A stretch of 64,000 bases of DNA from an uncultured Candidatus Saccharibacteria bacterium (GTDB lineage: Bacteria > Patescibacteriota > Minisyncoccia > GCA-002772825). Location: contig CAZLLR010000001.1 of NCBI GenBank assembly GCA_964560655.1, positions 36,202 to 100,201 of the forward strand, given 5' to 3'. Both the position numbers and the translations under genes were made by a program. The first letter of the stretch is position 1. Every line of letters starts with the position of its first letter. Below the pieces are notes generated by a model. It saw nothing but the letters and a program-made list of their open reading frames with translations, searched no databases and had not been told where the DNA came from. Below are positions 44,319 to 55,021 of this stretch, piece after piece.

Positions 44319-46091
44319 ATGGAAATCAGAAATATAGCTATAATAGCCCATGTAGATCATGGCAAAACGACACTTACAGATGCCATATTGCGCCAAACAG
44401 GCGCCGTAGAAACAGGAGTAAGTATGGACAGTAACACACTCGAAAAGGAGCGTGGTATTACCATTTACTCTAAAAATGCAGCTGTCACTTATAAAAACAC
44501 TAAGATAAATATAGTTGATACACCTGGGCACGCAGATTTTGGATCAGAAGTAGAGCGTGTACTTCGTTCTATAGATTCAGTTCTTCTTATTGTCGATGCC
44601 CAAGAAGGACCTATGCCTCAGACTCGTTTTGTACTTAAGAAGTCTCTTGCTCTTGGACTCAAGCCAATACTCGTTATAAATAAGATTGATAAACCGGCAG
44701 CAAATCCTGAAAGTGCTCACGACAAAGTATTTGAATTATTCTCTGAGCTTGGTGCGACGAACGAACAACTGGACTTCCCTGTGATATATGCCATAGGAAG
44801 AGAGGGGATAGCTAAGAAGGAAGTAACTGACGAGTCTAAGGACTTAACTCCTCTTTTGGACTTAATTTTAGAGAAAGTACCAGCTGCCTCTGGAGACGCA
44901 AGTGCTTCGTTTCTCGCTCAGCCCTTTAATCTTGCGTATGATAATTTCTTAGGCAGAATCGCTGTGATAAGAATTTACAGTGGTAAAATAAATGCCGGTG
45001 ACACTGTATATATAAAAAAAGGTGATAAATTAAATAAATATAAAATAACTAAACTCTTTGCTTTTGAAGGAGTATCTAGAGTGGAAGTAACTACGCTAGA
45101 GGCTGGCGATATAGGGATGATCGCTGGGATACCAGACGTCTACATAGGCGACACTTTAGCTGGCTCTCCAGATGTGCCACTCCTTGAAACTATTGCCGTG
45201 GATGAGCCTACTATTGAACTTACCTTTCTTATAAATAACTCTCCTTTTGCCGGACGAGAAGGAAAATTTGTAACAAGTCGCCAGATAAGAGAAAGGCTTG
45301 AGAAAGAACTTGAGGTAAATGTAGGACTAAAGGTAGATTTTGACTCTGCAAGTGGTGATCAGTTTACTGTCTATGGTAGGGGAGAGCTCCATGTCGCTAT
45401 ACTCCTTGAGAATATGCGTCGTGAAGGATATGAAGTCCAAGTATCTCAACCGCAAGTTATTACGAAAGAAATAGAAGGAAAACTCCACGAACCATTTGAA
45501 GAGATAGTGATAGACGTCCCAAGCGATTGCCAGGGTTCTATCATAGAAAAACTAAGCAAAAGAGGCTCAATCCTCAAAAATATGGAAATTCATGAAAGCC
45601 GAGCGATGCTTGTATTTGAAGGACCTAGCCGTGGACTCTTTGGGTATCGTAATAAGTTTGTGATAGATACAAAAGGAGAGGGGATAATGGCCACTAGGAA
45701 CATCGGATATCGCCGACATGTAGGAGAGATTGCCAGACAAGAAGTCGGCTCTATGATCTCACAAGTCTCCGGTAAAACACTAGCTTATTCTCTTGATAAT
45801 CTTCAGACTCGAGGGACTCTATATGTCAAAGAAAATACCGAAGTCTATGAAGGTATGGTAATAGGAAATACTTCTAAAGGGGAGCAGATGACAGTAAACC
45901 CTATTAAAGGGAAACAGCTTACTAATATGCGCGCCTCTGGCTCTGATGACGCAGTGAAAATTGTCCCTCCGCACCTATTGACGATAGAAACTGGACTAGA
46001 GATTATGGCTAAGGATGAATATCTTGAGGTCACACCACAAAGCGTCCGCTTAAGAAAAAAGTTTCTTAAGGAATCCGAGAGAAAGAAATAA
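44319..46091 (+). CDS. typA: translational GTPase TypA/BipA
   Basis: G1 [10 protein letters not shown]3 DTPGH, G4 NKID. 590 aa. Confidence 0.9.
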   Translation: MEIRNIAIIAHVDHGKTTLTDAILRQTGAVETGVSMDSNTLEKERGITIYSKNAAVTYKNTKINIVDTPGHADFGSEVERVLRSIDSVLLIVDAQEGPMPQTRFVLKKSLALGLKPILVINKIDKPAANPESAHDKVFELFSELGATNEQLDFPVIYAIGREGIAKKEVTDESKDLTPLLDLILEKVPAASGDASASFLAQPFNLAYDNFLGRIAVIRIYSGKINAGDTVYIKKGDKLNKYKITKLFAFEGVSRVEVTTLEAGDIGMIAGIPDVYIGDTLAGSPDVPLLETIAVDEPTIELTFLINNSPFAGREGKFVTSRQIRERLEKELEVNVGLKVDFDSASGDQFTVYGRGELHVAILLENMRREGYEVQVSQPQVITKEIEGKLHEPFEEIVIDVPSDCQGSIIEKLSKRGSILKNMEIHESRAMLVFEGPSRGLFGYRNKFVIDTKGEGIMATRNIGYRRHVGEIARQEVGSMISQVSGKTLAYSLDNLQTRGTLYVKENTEVYEGMVIGNTSKGEQMTVNPIKGKQLTNMRASGSDDAVKIVPPHLLTIETGLEIMAKDEYLEVTPQSVRLRKKFLKESERKK

Positions 46092-46225
46092 AAACAGAAA
46101 GTAAAAGACTCTTAATCTCTTTTTTTTAACCCCTATTGAAAAATAGGGGTTATTAATATATCCTAGGACTACAGTCAGCTCATTTAAAAATAGATTAATT
46201 AAATCTTATATAAAAGGAGGGTTCT

Positions 46226-47098
46226 ATGAGAAAAGTTATAGTTCGTGATCTTAATTCTTATTTTTCTTATATTAATAGTTTTCCTCTCCTCAGTAGAAGA
46301 GAAGAACTAGAACTTGCTTACAAAATAAAAAAAGGTGGAGTATTAAGTGTCGCCGCATTTGAAAAGATGGTAAATTCGAATCTTAGACTAGTTGTCAATA
46401 TAGCTAAAAGATTTACAAGAGTTAGTTATCGCCTAAGCTTTAGTGATTTAATTCAGGAAGGGAATGTAGGGCTAATTTTAGCCATCAATAAATTCAAGGG
46501 AGAAAAAGGTTGTAGGTTATCTTCTTATGCTACTTACTGGATACGGCAAACTATAAGAAGTGCCCTAAGAAGAGAGTCAAATGAACTTCGCCTTCCTACT
46601 CACACTAGTGTAGATATAAGTAATTTTAGAAAAACTTCCAAGGAGCTTTCTACCAAACTAGGGCGCGAGCCATCTCTAGAAGAAATATCGGATAAGATAA
46701 AACTCACCAGGACTAAAGGGGGAGGATTAAAAAAAGTAGAAATGCTAGAAGCAATAAGCAAAAGGCATTTTTATTCTCTTAATGCTCCGGCTGTAGGGAC
46801 AGATACAAACTTAATAGAGTTTATACCGAATCCTTCTAGTATAGATCCGATAAAACCAATCGAGAAAAAAACTAGAAGAAATAGACTAAGAAAGATCTTA
46901 GGTAGTGGACTTCTTACAGAAAAAGAAGTGACTATCATCAAACTTCGCTTCGGGTTTACAGGAGATCAAGATGGTCAAACTCTTGAAAAGATAGGTGACG
47001 AATTTGGTGTTACCAGAGAAAGAATACGTCAAATAATAGAAACATCTCTTTTTAAATTAAAGGAAAAGTACTCTCAAGAGCTCAAATATTTATACTAG
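46226..47098 (+). CDS. sigma-70 family RNA polymerase sigma factor (second, shorter paralog lacking region 1.1)
   Basis: Region 2 (LIQEGNVGLILAINKF, YATYWIRQTIRSAL), region 3, and region 4 ([17 protein letters not shown]). SD AAGGAGGG. Confidence 0.75.
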   Translation: MRKVIVRDLNSYFSYINSFPLLSRREELELAYKIKKGGVLSVAAFEKMVNSNLRLVVNIAKRFTRVSYRLSFSDLIQEGNVGLILAINKFKGEKGCRLSSYATYWIRQTIRSALRRESNELRLPTHTSVDISNFRKTSKELSTKLGREPSLEEISDKIKLTRTKGGGLKKVEMLEAISKRHFYSLNAPAVGTDTNLIEFIPNPSSIDPIKPIEKKTRRNRLRKILGSGLLTEKEVTIIKLRFGFTGDQDGQTLEKIGDEFGVTRERIRQIIETSLFKLKEKYSQELKYLY

Positions 47099-47146
47099 CC
47101 ATATATAAATGATAATTATCATTTATATATGGCTTTTCTTTTTTAA
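47097..47146. terminator. 38-nt perfect palindrome AGCCATATATAAATGATAAT|TATCATTTATATATGGCT followed by a T-run (bidirectional)
   Basis: Between convergent genes (sigma on plus, 47143 on minus). Confidence 0.6.
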
Positions 47147-48330
47147 TTCCCATTCATATCAACTATCAGCCCACCCCAAGTAAAATCCTTGGCTCCCAAA
47201 CCTTCACCAGTTTGCGGGTTAAAATACTCTCTAAATCCAGATTTTTTTATAAGTTCTATGGATTTCTTTTTTATATCATCGGCTATATCAGTAAAACCAT
47301 AGTTCAATAATCCTTTATGAATAATCCAATTTGTGGCAATCCATGTTGGACCACGCCAAAATCCGCTAGGGTCAAAAGACGGCTCATCGATAGATACAGT
47401 AGGTACCGAATATTCTAATTGAAATTCTTTGTTATTTAAAAGATGCTTTTCTACAAGCTCTTTCGCCTCTCCTTGAGTCAGTATATTAGCAAAGAGGGGG
47501 GAGAAAATAGCCCATGTCTTTAGTTTTATCTTTTGGTAATCTTCTCCATAAGTTGACCAGAAAAGACCATCTTCATACATAAGAGTTCTCATTGCTTTTA
47601 TTATCATCTCTCTTTTTTTATTAAAATAAGCAACGTCGTGACTATTGCCAAGCTTTTCAGCAATACTAGAGAGTGCCCGTAAATTTTCCACCATAATGAC
47701 ATTAAACGGTACATCTTTAACCCAAAAAAAATTCTTCATACAAAATGGTGCATCAAAGTTACATGTTTTATTTTCTTTTACCAATAGCAGTCTTTTCTCT
47801 AAGCTCTTTTCCCTGGTCTGTACAGGGGGCAGGTTGAGCAGAGTATCAAACCTTGGAGAATTATCCTCCCCGGACTCATCTGGGTCAATAATACCGATGA
47901 GGTCATTCTCGTGCGGATCACGGTCATTTATAAGATATTTGTAGAAGTGGAATAGAGGAATATAGATACTCTTCAAGAACTCTAGGTCACTATCTTTTTG
48001 AAATATCTGCCAAGCAGCATAAGCAAGCATTGGCGGCTGAGTAATACTACTTGTGCCGTCTTTTCCCCAATCAAAGTTTATAACATCCTTCTTTTCCCAG
48101 TAGATCATATGTGGCACCATGCCATTGTTAAACTGTTTAGAAATAATAGAGAGGAGTTCTTTTTTAGCATCTTCTACATTAAAATGGCTTAGAATTATAG
48201 CGTGGAAACATGAGTCCCAAAGCCATTGGTATGGGTATGTTATAGGAGAGGGAACAGTGTATTGGTGTTCTCCGGAGGTTCTCCTATTCTTCAGCATAAG
48301 GTCCAGTACCGACTTTTTAATATCATCCAT
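47143..48330 (-). CDS. (alpha/alpha)6-barrel glycoside hydrolase-like protein (GH63/GH37-like; mannosyl-/glucosyl-glycerate hydrolase-like)
   Basis: WLWDSCF and YFNPQTGEGLGAKDFTWGG resemble six-hairpin glycosidase motifs. Family assignment is tentative. Confidence 0.45.
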   Translation of the reverse strand: MDDIKKSVLDLMLKNRRTSGEHQYTVPSPITYPYQWLWDSCFHAIILSHFNVEDAKKELLSIISKQFNNGMVPHMIYWEKKDVINFDWGKDGTSSITQPPMLAYAAWQIFQKDSDLEFLKSIYIPLFHFYKYLINDRDPHENDLIGIIDPDESGEDNSPRFDTLLNLPPVQTREKSLEKRLLLVKENKTCNFDAPFCMKNFFWVKDVPFNVIMVENLRALSSIAEKLGNSHDVAYFNKKREMIIKAMRTLMYEDGLFWSTYGEDYQKIKLKTWAIFSPLFANILTQGEAKELVEKHLLNNKEFQLEYSVPTVSIDEPSFDPSGFWRGPTWIATNWIIHKGLLNYGFTDIADDIKKKSIELIKKSGFREYFNPQTGEGLGAKDFTWGGLIVDMNGN

Positions 48331-48341
48331 ATTTTATCTTT

Positions 48342-49193
48342 TTAATAAATTAAGACTTGAACTTCTTTTATTATTTTACTGGCTCTTTGCCTGTTGAAGC
48401 CAAATATTCTTATAAGATCATCGGCGGTATAAGGAGCAAGGTCACGAGCTAACATCATATTATGCTTAACGAATTCTCCTTGTGCAAATTTATTTACAGC
48501 AGGTAATACTGTAATAGGGTAAAGCTTGTTCTTTAAGATAATATCTTTAAGTCCTTCTTTTGCAGGATGCCTCCAACTCGTCATCTTAAGCCCCCTACAG
48601 CGACCGTATCTTACTGCAGTCTTAGTGAACTCAGTGTTCGTTATAAGCCACATCTTATGATTATGATGCGAGGATTCTTTTCTCTCTTTTGTATAAGCTA
48701 TATCGATAAGACGCGCGTCCGCATACATTGCCACGTCAATGTGAGTCTTAATGCCCGAGCTATTGTGATACTTAGCTTCTACAAGAAAATGTTCGTCACC
48801 TTTCTCAGCCACAAGGTCCACTTCGTGAGTCACACACCTGCCTTTCATCATTTGATTTAATTTTACATCATAGTTTAAGGAGCTTATAACTACGCTTAGA
48901 AATTTTTCAAAATTAAAACCGGCAGGACCAAGCTCTGCGATACCCCTCTTGAGACTATAATTTGCCGCCACTGTAAAATTATCTTTCATAAGATATTGCG
49001 AAGCCCTCCTAAAGATCTGACTAGTCGTCATCCCTGGCTTTACTTCACCTCCAATCCTAGAACAGACATTTTCTACTAAATCACCGGGGGCACCAGCCTT
49101 CTTCAAAGAAAGACAAAACTTATTCTTACTGAAAGGCTCTTTTTCTCCCGATGCTTTTATAATTTCCATAATTAGATTATATACCAATTTCAA
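48342..49193 (-). CDS. ATP-cone domain fused to a restriction-endonuclease-like PD-(D/E)xK domain
   Basis: N-terminus resembles the NrdR/RNR ATP-cone (MEIIKASGEKEPFSKNKF...). EVDLVAEKGDEHFLVEAKY has a D...E-A-K nuclease motif. Confidence 0.5.
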   Translation of the reverse strand: MKLVYNLIMEIIKASGEKEPFSKNKFCLSLKKAGAPGDLVENVCSRIGGEVKPGMTTSQIFRRASQYLMKDNFTVAANYSLKRGIAELGPAGFNFEKFLSVVISSLNYDVKLNQMMKGRCVTHEVDLVAEKGDEHFLVEAKYHNSSGIKTHIDVAMYADARLIDIAYTKERKESSHHNHKMWLITNTEFTKTAVRYGRCRGLKMTSWRHPAKEGLKDIILKNKLYPITVLPAVNKFAQGEFVKHNMMLARDLAPYTADDLIRIFGFNRQRASKIIKEVQVLIY

Positions 49194-49284
49194 GTATTAA
49201 TAAATTTGACATGTTAAGAAAGTTATTAAAAAATACCCGAAATGTCGGATATTTTTTCTTTTTTAATCTCCCAGATTGTAAATA

Positions 49285-49908
49285 TTATTCTTTTACTACA
49301 ACTTCACTTATCACAATAGATTCAACAGGTATATCTCTTTCTGCTGTCTCTACTTTAGCTATAGCATCAACCACCTCCATACCACTTATAACCTTCCCAA
49401 AGACAGGGTGCTTACTTGCCATAGGCTCTTTATCAAAATCTAAGAAAACATTATCACCAAGATTAATAAAGAACTGACTTCCTCCAGAGTTTGGCCCACT
49501 ATTTGCCATAGATATAGTTCCTCGTAGATTTGAAAGTCCTTCTACAAATTCATCTTCTATCGCATAACCTGGCCCACCTGTACCATATTTTGAATTATCT
49601 TCTTCTTTAGAGTTGGGGTCTCCACCCTGTATCATGAAGTCGCTTATAACTCTATGGAATTTTGTTTTATTATAAAAACCTTCTTTAGAAAGCTTCAAGA
49701 AATTACCTGCTGTTACTGGCATCTTGTCTACAAAAAGTTCTATCCCTATGTCACCTTTATTTGTCTTAAGTATTATTGTTGGATTATTCATTTTTTCTTT
49801 TTCTATTGTTATATTATCATCCTGTGTATTTGGAAAGGCGTATATCCAAGCCAAAACACCTACTATAATAATTGCTATTGCTATTAATAATGTTTTTGTA
49901 CTATTCAT
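49285..49908 (-). CDS. peptidyl-prolyl cis-trans isomerase, cyclophilin type, membrane-anchored
   Basis: FHRVISDFMIQGGDP signature and an N-terminal TM helix. Confidence 0.85.
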   Translation of the reverse strand: MNSTKTLLIAIAIIIVGVLAWIYAFPNTQDDNITIEKEKMNNPTIILKTNKGDIGIELFVDKMPVTAGNFLKLSKEGFYNKTKFHRVISDFMIQGGDPNSKEEDNSKYGTGGPGYAIEDEFVEGLSNLRGTISMANSGPNSGGSQFFINLGDNVFLDFDKEPMASKHPVFGKVISGMEVVDAIAKVETAERDIPVESIVISEVVVKE

Positions 49909-49988
49909 ATAAAGTTAACTGTTATGCTTTTAATTTCCGTCTATATCTAGTATATTATAAGTATTATCAATTAAATTTCAAATAAGCT

Positions 49989-50564
49989 ATGGGTAAAATA
50001 AATAAAAACTATATATACATCGCTATTGTCGTATTAATAATTGCCGGGCTGTATATAACAAAGACAAAAAATAAAGATGTATCACTTGAAGTTATCGACG
50101 ATAATTCCAGCTTCGGTAATATTGAAGACCAAGACTTAACAGCTAATTTACTGGAAAGTGCCACAGAAAAGACGGCGAAGATGATGACTCTTGAGATCTA
50201 TCTTCCTAATTCCAATATGATTATTAATACTGAAGATAGTTGCAAAGAAGTCTTTCCTGTAAAACGTACTGTTACAGAAACAATCGCCCCAGCCAGGGCT
50301 TCCCTTAAAGAACTCTTCAGGGGGCCGACAAAGGAAGAGGAAAAACTAGGTTTCAGCACCTCTCTCTCTAAAGACATAAAAATCCAAAAATTAACCATAG
50401 AAGAAGGAGTAGCAATAGTGGATATTAATACTTTAAATACAGGAGAAGTTGAGATGTGTGACGTAAAACAGGCTTACAAAGAACTCTCAGAGACGCTAAA
50501 ACAATTTCCAACAGTAGATGAAGTTTCCATCTCGATCAATGATGAAGATACGAAATCATTTTAA
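49989..50564 (+). CDS. membrane-anchored GerMN-like domain protein (hypothetical)
   Basis: N-terminal TM. The C-terminal region weakly resembles the GerMN domain. Confidence 0.35.
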   Translation: MGKINKNYIYIAIVVLIIAGLYITKTKNKDVSLEVIDDNSSFGNIEDQDLTANLLESATEKTAKMMTLEIYLPNSNMIINTEDSCKEVFPVKRTVTETIAPARASLKELFRGPTKEEEKLGFSTSLSKDIKIQKLTIEEGVAIVDINTLNTGEVEMCDVKQAYKELSETLKQFPTVDEVSISINDEDTKSF

Positions 50565-50584
50565 GCTTATCTTCTATAAATTTT

Positions 50585-50621
50585 ATAAAAAATATCTCGT
50601 CATAAGACGAGATATTTTTTA
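50585..50621. terminator. bidirectional terminator A7-ATATCTCGTC-ataa-GACGAGATAT-T6
   Basis: 10-bp perfect stem flanked by an A-run and a T-run, between convergent genes. Confidence 0.7.
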
Positions 50622-50638
50622 TAGAAACAAGAATTGAT

Positions 50639-50941
50639 TTAACCCCTCTTCTTAAGCCAGCAATTCCTACATGTTACAGGAGTACCTTCTCTTGGTTCAA
50701 AAGGAAGCTGATTAATAGCGCCTCCACAGTCACTACAGGTCCAATTGCCTTCAATCATTTTTTTTGGAGATAGATCCTTTTTACCTGCTCCAGCACTATG
50801 GCAATCTTTACAAGTGAGTTGAGCTAACCTTGAAGGATCTGGGTCAAACGGAAGCTGGTTAATCTCTCCTCCACACTTACCACATTTCCAGTTTCCTTGA
50901 AACATTTTTCTAGGAGAATCATCAAATTTTCCAAACGCCAT
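50639..50941 (-). CDS. tandem zinc-ribbon protein (two repeats of GNWxCxxCGGxINQLPFxP...CxxC)
   Basis: Internal duplication: MFQGNWKCGKCGGEINQLPFDP...CKDC and MIEGNWTCSDCGGAINQLPFEP...CRNC. Confidence 0.5.
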   Translation of the reverse strand: MAFGKFDDSPRKMFQGNWKCGKCGGEINQLPFDPDPSRLAQLTCKDCHSAGAGKKDLSPKKMIEGNWTCSDCGGAINQLPFEPREGTPVTCRNCWLKKRG

Positions 50942-51136
50942 ACTAAATACTATTTTTCTTAATTTAAATAAAACGACCTTTTAATTTTAAGCCTTCTTAG
51001 TTATTAGAATCTGTTTTTAAACTTTTCAAAAAACAGATTCTAATAAGGTCTCTCGACTTATTTAAAAACAATTTTATATCTATTGAGCAGAAAGTCAAGA
51101 AATAAGTCAATCAAACGATACTCCTTATCCTTCTGA

Positions 51137-52318
51137 CTAGGTAGTTAGTATGTCTATCAATCTATCTGGCTTAGAATTAAAATATTTTTTAGTAGCAATA
51201 GTCAAAAGATACGGGTCACATCCATTTTTCTTAATCTCATTATCATTATCTAACACAAATCTTTCTGGCGCACTAATAAGTTTCTCATCTATAAGGGAAC
51301 TAACTTTTTCAATCTTTTTTAACCCTTTAGCTAAGGTGCTAAGACCTGATTCTTCAACCCATCTTCTATGTTTTTTTGCACCTATATTTATAAGAGCTTG
51401 TTCAATAGGCAATATAGACCGCAAGTGATGCAGGTGACTTGCTTGACCAGCACAATCCTCAGAGAAAGAACGATACCCGAAGCCTGTCTCAAGAGAAAAA
51501 GAGGATCTGATAATACTCTCTAAGTGACTTGGTGTAATATCTCCCTCATCAAGAAAAAATAATGAATGAAGGATATCTGAACTAATAGTCTTAATAGGTC
51601 CATTACTATCAATAGCCATACACAACTGCCCCGTGTTCCTGCTAAAGAGATAATTAATAAGATAATCTTTCATAAATTTTATTGCTGGCTCTAAAGAATC
51701 GTCTTTAAGTAAGAACGAGGCACTCTTTAATGCGCGCATATTTTGAATATGAGCAAGTGAATAAGAAATAGGGTAGACGGGTTCGCCATCTTCTCTTCCC
51801 AATATTTCTGAATCTTTCCAATATGTAACCTTCAAAGCAAAATGATTACTTCCGCAAAAGGAAGGGTCTTCAATAAATGAATATCCGTTTAGATGATTTT
51901 TTATTAATTTTACTGCTTGTCTTATGTTATCTTTATGCACCTCAGCAAAATAATCGTCTCCAGACATTTTCTGGTAAACCTCATGGCCTATAAGAAAAAG
52001 TGCTGTTGTATCACAAGCATTGTACTCGTTTGAAAGACCTCTCTTCTGCGAAGAAGGGAATTCATTAAATATTTTTCCAGGCTCTTCTCCAGAGAAAGGA
52101 TCTTTTTTCGAACCCTGCCTTTCCGCGCATAGAGAAAGTTGGTCTTTAAGCATCTCTTCGTCCATCATCAATATAGATGAAAGAAGACCGTCTCGAGACG
52201 AATTCTTCATGACATTAGGAAACCCAGAGCAGTAAATATCAAAATCTCCATAATGAACACTAAGACGCTCCAGCCCTTCGTCTGGAGTTAATGATCTAGA
52301 GTCATCAGCAAATATCAT
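51137..52318 (-). CDS. six-hairpin glycosidase-like protein (amylo-alpha-1,6-glucosidase / GDE C-terminal-like), tentative
   Basis: About 390 aa with scattered aromatic/acidic blocks typical of (alpha/alpha)6 glycosidases. Low certainty. Confidence 0.35.
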   Translation of the reverse strand: MIFADDSRSLTPDEGLERLSVHYGDFDIYCSGFPNVMKNSSRDGLLSSILMMDEEMLKDQLSLCAERQGSKKDPFSGEEPGKIFNEFPSSQKRGLSNEYNACDTTALFLIGHEVYQKMSGDDYFAEVHKDNIRQAVKLIKNHLNGYSFIEDPSFCGSNHFALKVTYWKDSEILGREDGEPVYPISYSLAHIQNMRALKSASFLLKDDSLEPAIKFMKDYLINYLFSRNTGQLCMAIDSNGPIKTISSDILHSLFFLDEGDITPSHLESIIRSSFSLETGFGYRSFSEDCAGQASHLHHLRSILPIEQALINIGAKKHRRWVEESGLSTLAKGLKKIEKVSSLIDEKLISAPERFVLDNDNEIKKNGCDPYLLTIATKKYFNSKPDRLIDILTT

Positions 52319-52407
52319 TCTTACATTATAAACTATAAAAAATAATTAAGAAACAATAAAATCTAAGTATTTTTAAAATACCTCCCATTAAAGACACTAG
52401 GTTCTCC

Positions 52408-53592
52408 CTATTTCAATAATTCAATATCTTTTAAAATATTTTTAATTATTTTTTGTACATTAAATACTTTTTCTGTTTTTTTTATCTCACTCAAATCAGC
52501 CCTCGTTTCAGGTTTCTTAGGAAGAAAGAGGGAGCAACAGTCTTCATGTGGAATGATAGATATATCATAAGTGCCTATCTCTAAAGCTTTCTGTATAATT
52601 TCCTTTTTATCAAAACCAATTAGTGGTCGGAGAATAAGCATTCGGACAGCGTCTTGTGTGGCAGTAATATTCTCTGCTGTCTGAGAAGCAACCTGCCCTA
52701 AAGATTCTCCTGTACCCAAAACTATAATTTTTTCTTTTCTAGCGACCTCTTCAGCAACCTTAAACATAAACCGCCTATAAAATATTATCCTAAACTTATC
52801 TGGAGCACTCAGCATAATCTCCTTTTGAGTCTCGGCAAATGGGACAAAATAAATTTTAGATTTATGTTGAAAATTACTTAAAACACCAATAAGACTCTTT
52901 ACTTTATCTAAAGAACTTTGAGACGTGTAGGGAAGAGAATGAAAATGTATGTAAGATACCTCAAGACCTCTCTTCATAAGGTAATAAGCAGCAACAGGAG
53001 AATCTATCCCCCCAGACACAAGAAGAAGAGCCTTGCCGGATACGCCAATAGGCAAACCGCCGAGACCTTTTATTTTGCTAAAATAAATAAAAGCAAAATT
53101 ATCAACTATCTCTATAAAACAATTAAGTGCAGGTTTTTCTAATTTTACTTTTATACCACCTATATTATCGAGTATATACCCACCCACTTTCATATTCACA
53201 TCTTGAGAAGTAAACGGCAGGTCTTTCTTAGACCTCTGAGTTGTCACCCTAAAGGTCTTGAACTTTCTCGTGTTCGCCAAACTCAATGCCTTTGCCTTGA
53301 TAGACTCAATATCCTGAGGCGAAGAAAAAGCAAAAGTAAAATAAGCAATACCGAAAGTCCGGCTAAAAATCTTTTCTATATTTTTAATATTCTTTTTACC
53401 TTTTAGAGAAAGCTTAACCAACAATCTTCCTGAAATTCGCTTAACATATTCAAAATCACCTGGTGACCCTAACGTTAAACCAGTCTTTATATTCTCTATT
53501 AATTTATCTTCAAAAAACTTTCTATTTTTACCCTTAAGCCCTATCTCATCATAATGGCAAATTGCATAGTCATAAAAAGTATCCTTTTTCAT
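52408..53592 (-). CDS. thiI: tRNA 4-thiouridine(8) synthase ThiI
   Basis: THUMP domain plus PP-loop SGGIDSPVAAY. Confidence 0.85.
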   Translation of the reverse strand: MKKDTFYDYAICHYDEIGLKGKNRKFFEDKLIENIKTGLTLGSPGDFEYVKRISGRLLVKLSLKGKKNIKNIEKIFSRTFGIAYFTFAFSSPQDIESIKAKALSLANTRKFKTFRVTTQRSKKDLPFTSQDVNMKVGGYILDNIGGIKVKLEKPALNCFIEIVDNFAFIYFSKIKGLGGLPIGVSGKALLLVSGGIDSPVAAYYLMKRGLEVSYIHFHSLPYTSQSSLDKVKSLIGVLSNFQHKSKIYFVPFAETQKEIMLSAPDKFRIIFYRRFMFKVAEEVARKEKIIVLGTGESLGQVASQTAENITATQDAVRMLILRPLIGFDKKEIIQKALEIGTYDISIIPHEDCCSLFLPKKPETRADLSEIKKTEKVFNVQKIIKNILKDIELLK

Positions 53593-53682
53593 ATTTGATT
53601 TTTATAACACGGATACATCTTAAAAACAATCAAGTAGCACACCCTTTAAAACTTCCACTAAATAAGCAATAATAACTTTATT

Positions 53683-54450
53683 ATGAAGAGTAAAATCTTA
53701 AATATTTACAAGCCCCTTGGCCTTTCACCACTTGAGGCAATAAGACGCTTTATAGAGCAAAATAGAGCCTATGAGGAGCTTAAGATGACCTACGCTGGCC
53801 GACTTGATCCTATGGCTGAAGGGGTGCTTTTAGTGTTAGCAGGGGATGCCGTCCACGAGAAAGATCAGTATCTTAAAGTGGAAAAAGAATATGAAGCTGA
53901 AATCTTGTTCAGCCTTGAGACTGACACTTACGATACACTAGGCCTGCCTGTGGAAAAAGAAAGGGTTATAATAACAGAAGAAAAAATACAAAAAGAAGTC
54001 GCTAAACTTAAAGGAAATATCTCTCTGCCTCTACCTGCTTACTCTTCTTATAAGGTAAAAAGTAAACCCCTTTTTATTTGGGCAAGGGCCGGCAAATTAG
54101 ATGAAGTTGAAATACCTATAAGAAAGACTAAAATATATAGTATAAAATATTTGAGAAGCTACGAAATTGATAAGATAAAACTCAATAAGGTAATACAGAA
54201 ACGGATTGATAAAGTCTCCGGAGACTTCAGGCAAGAAGAGATAAAAACTCAATGGAAGAAACTATTAAAAAATGAAGCGGTTGAAAAATTTAAGGTAGCG
54301 AGGATAAAATTCACCGTATCAAGCGGGACATACATAAGGTCTATAGCTCACGAACTCGGAGGGCGCCTCGGCACAAGCGCTATTCTTTTTTCCCTTATAC
54401 GAACAAGAGTAGGGGGGTATGAAATAAAGGATTCTATTAAACTTACTTGA
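53683..54450 (+). CDS. truB: tRNA pseudouridine(55) synthase TruB
   Basis: Catalytic GRLDPMAEGVL motif. 255 aa. Confidence 0.85.
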   Translation: MKSKILNIYKPLGLSPLEAIRRFIEQNRAYEELKMTYAGRLDPMAEGVLLVLAGDAVHEKDQYLKVEKEYEAEILFSLETDTYDTLGLPVEKERVIITEEKIQKEVAKLKGNISLPLPAYSSYKVKSKPLFIWARAGKLDEVEIPIRKTKIYSIKYLRSYEIDKIKLNKVIQKRIDKVSGDFRQEEIKTQWKKLLKNEAVEKFKVARIKFTVSSGTYIRSIAHELGGRLGTSAILFSLIRTRVGGYEIKDSIKLT

Positions 54451-54482
54451 ACGGCTCAACCGGTTGAGCCGTTCAAGTAAGT
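54441..54482. terminator. 42-nt perfect palindrome ACTTACTTGAACGGCTCAACC|GGTTGAGCCGTTCAAGTAAGT
   Basis: Exact inverted repeat at the truB stop. AACGGCTCA stem core shared with the hairpin at 1268. Confidence 0.6.
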
Positions 54483-54564
54483 TTAATATAAAGAGACGCT
54501 TAGATAGTTAAATATTTTTTTATTTACTATTTTACACTCAGGATTTTAATGATATAATAGAAGC

Positions 54565-55017
54565 ATGAAAATAAGTCAAAAATTACATCAGTTTACAGAC
54601 GAGAAAGCCCTTATCATCATAACGGGTGCACAAGAAGCTGATTTCCACATAGCTTCAGACAGTGAGATAGACAAGATCGATTCATTCAAACTTGAGAAAA
54701 TTCACTTCTCTGATAGTGAAGGATTTTTCGACAGATCAGGTGGAGGAGGGGAAACAGGTGTTTCAGGCTCAATCAAAGAACCTCCAAAAGAAGAGTATCG
54801 GCAGAAATTCCTTAAAGAGCTAACGGCTCATCTTAAAGATATAGAAGGCAAGCAAGAGATAACAGGCGTCTATCTCTTCACTCCGGACTACTTAATCAAC
54901 ATGGTAAAAGATACAATGTCAAAAGAATTACAAGGCAAGATAAAGTTTACAGCAAAAGGCAATTACTACCATGAACATCCTTTCGAATTAATAAAAAAAA
55001 TAAGTCCTACCAAGTAA
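54565..55017 (+). CDS. hypothetical protein
   Basis: 150-aa ORF with no recognisable motif. Confidence 0.4.
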   Translation: MKISQKLHQFTDEKALIIITGAQEADFHIASDSEIDKIDSFKLEKIHFSDSEGFFDRSGGGGETGVSGSIKEPPKEEYRQKFLKELTAHLKDIEGKQEITGVYLFTPDYLINMVKDTMSKELQGKIKFTAKGNYYHEHPFELIKKISPTK

Positions 55018-55021
55018 ATAT

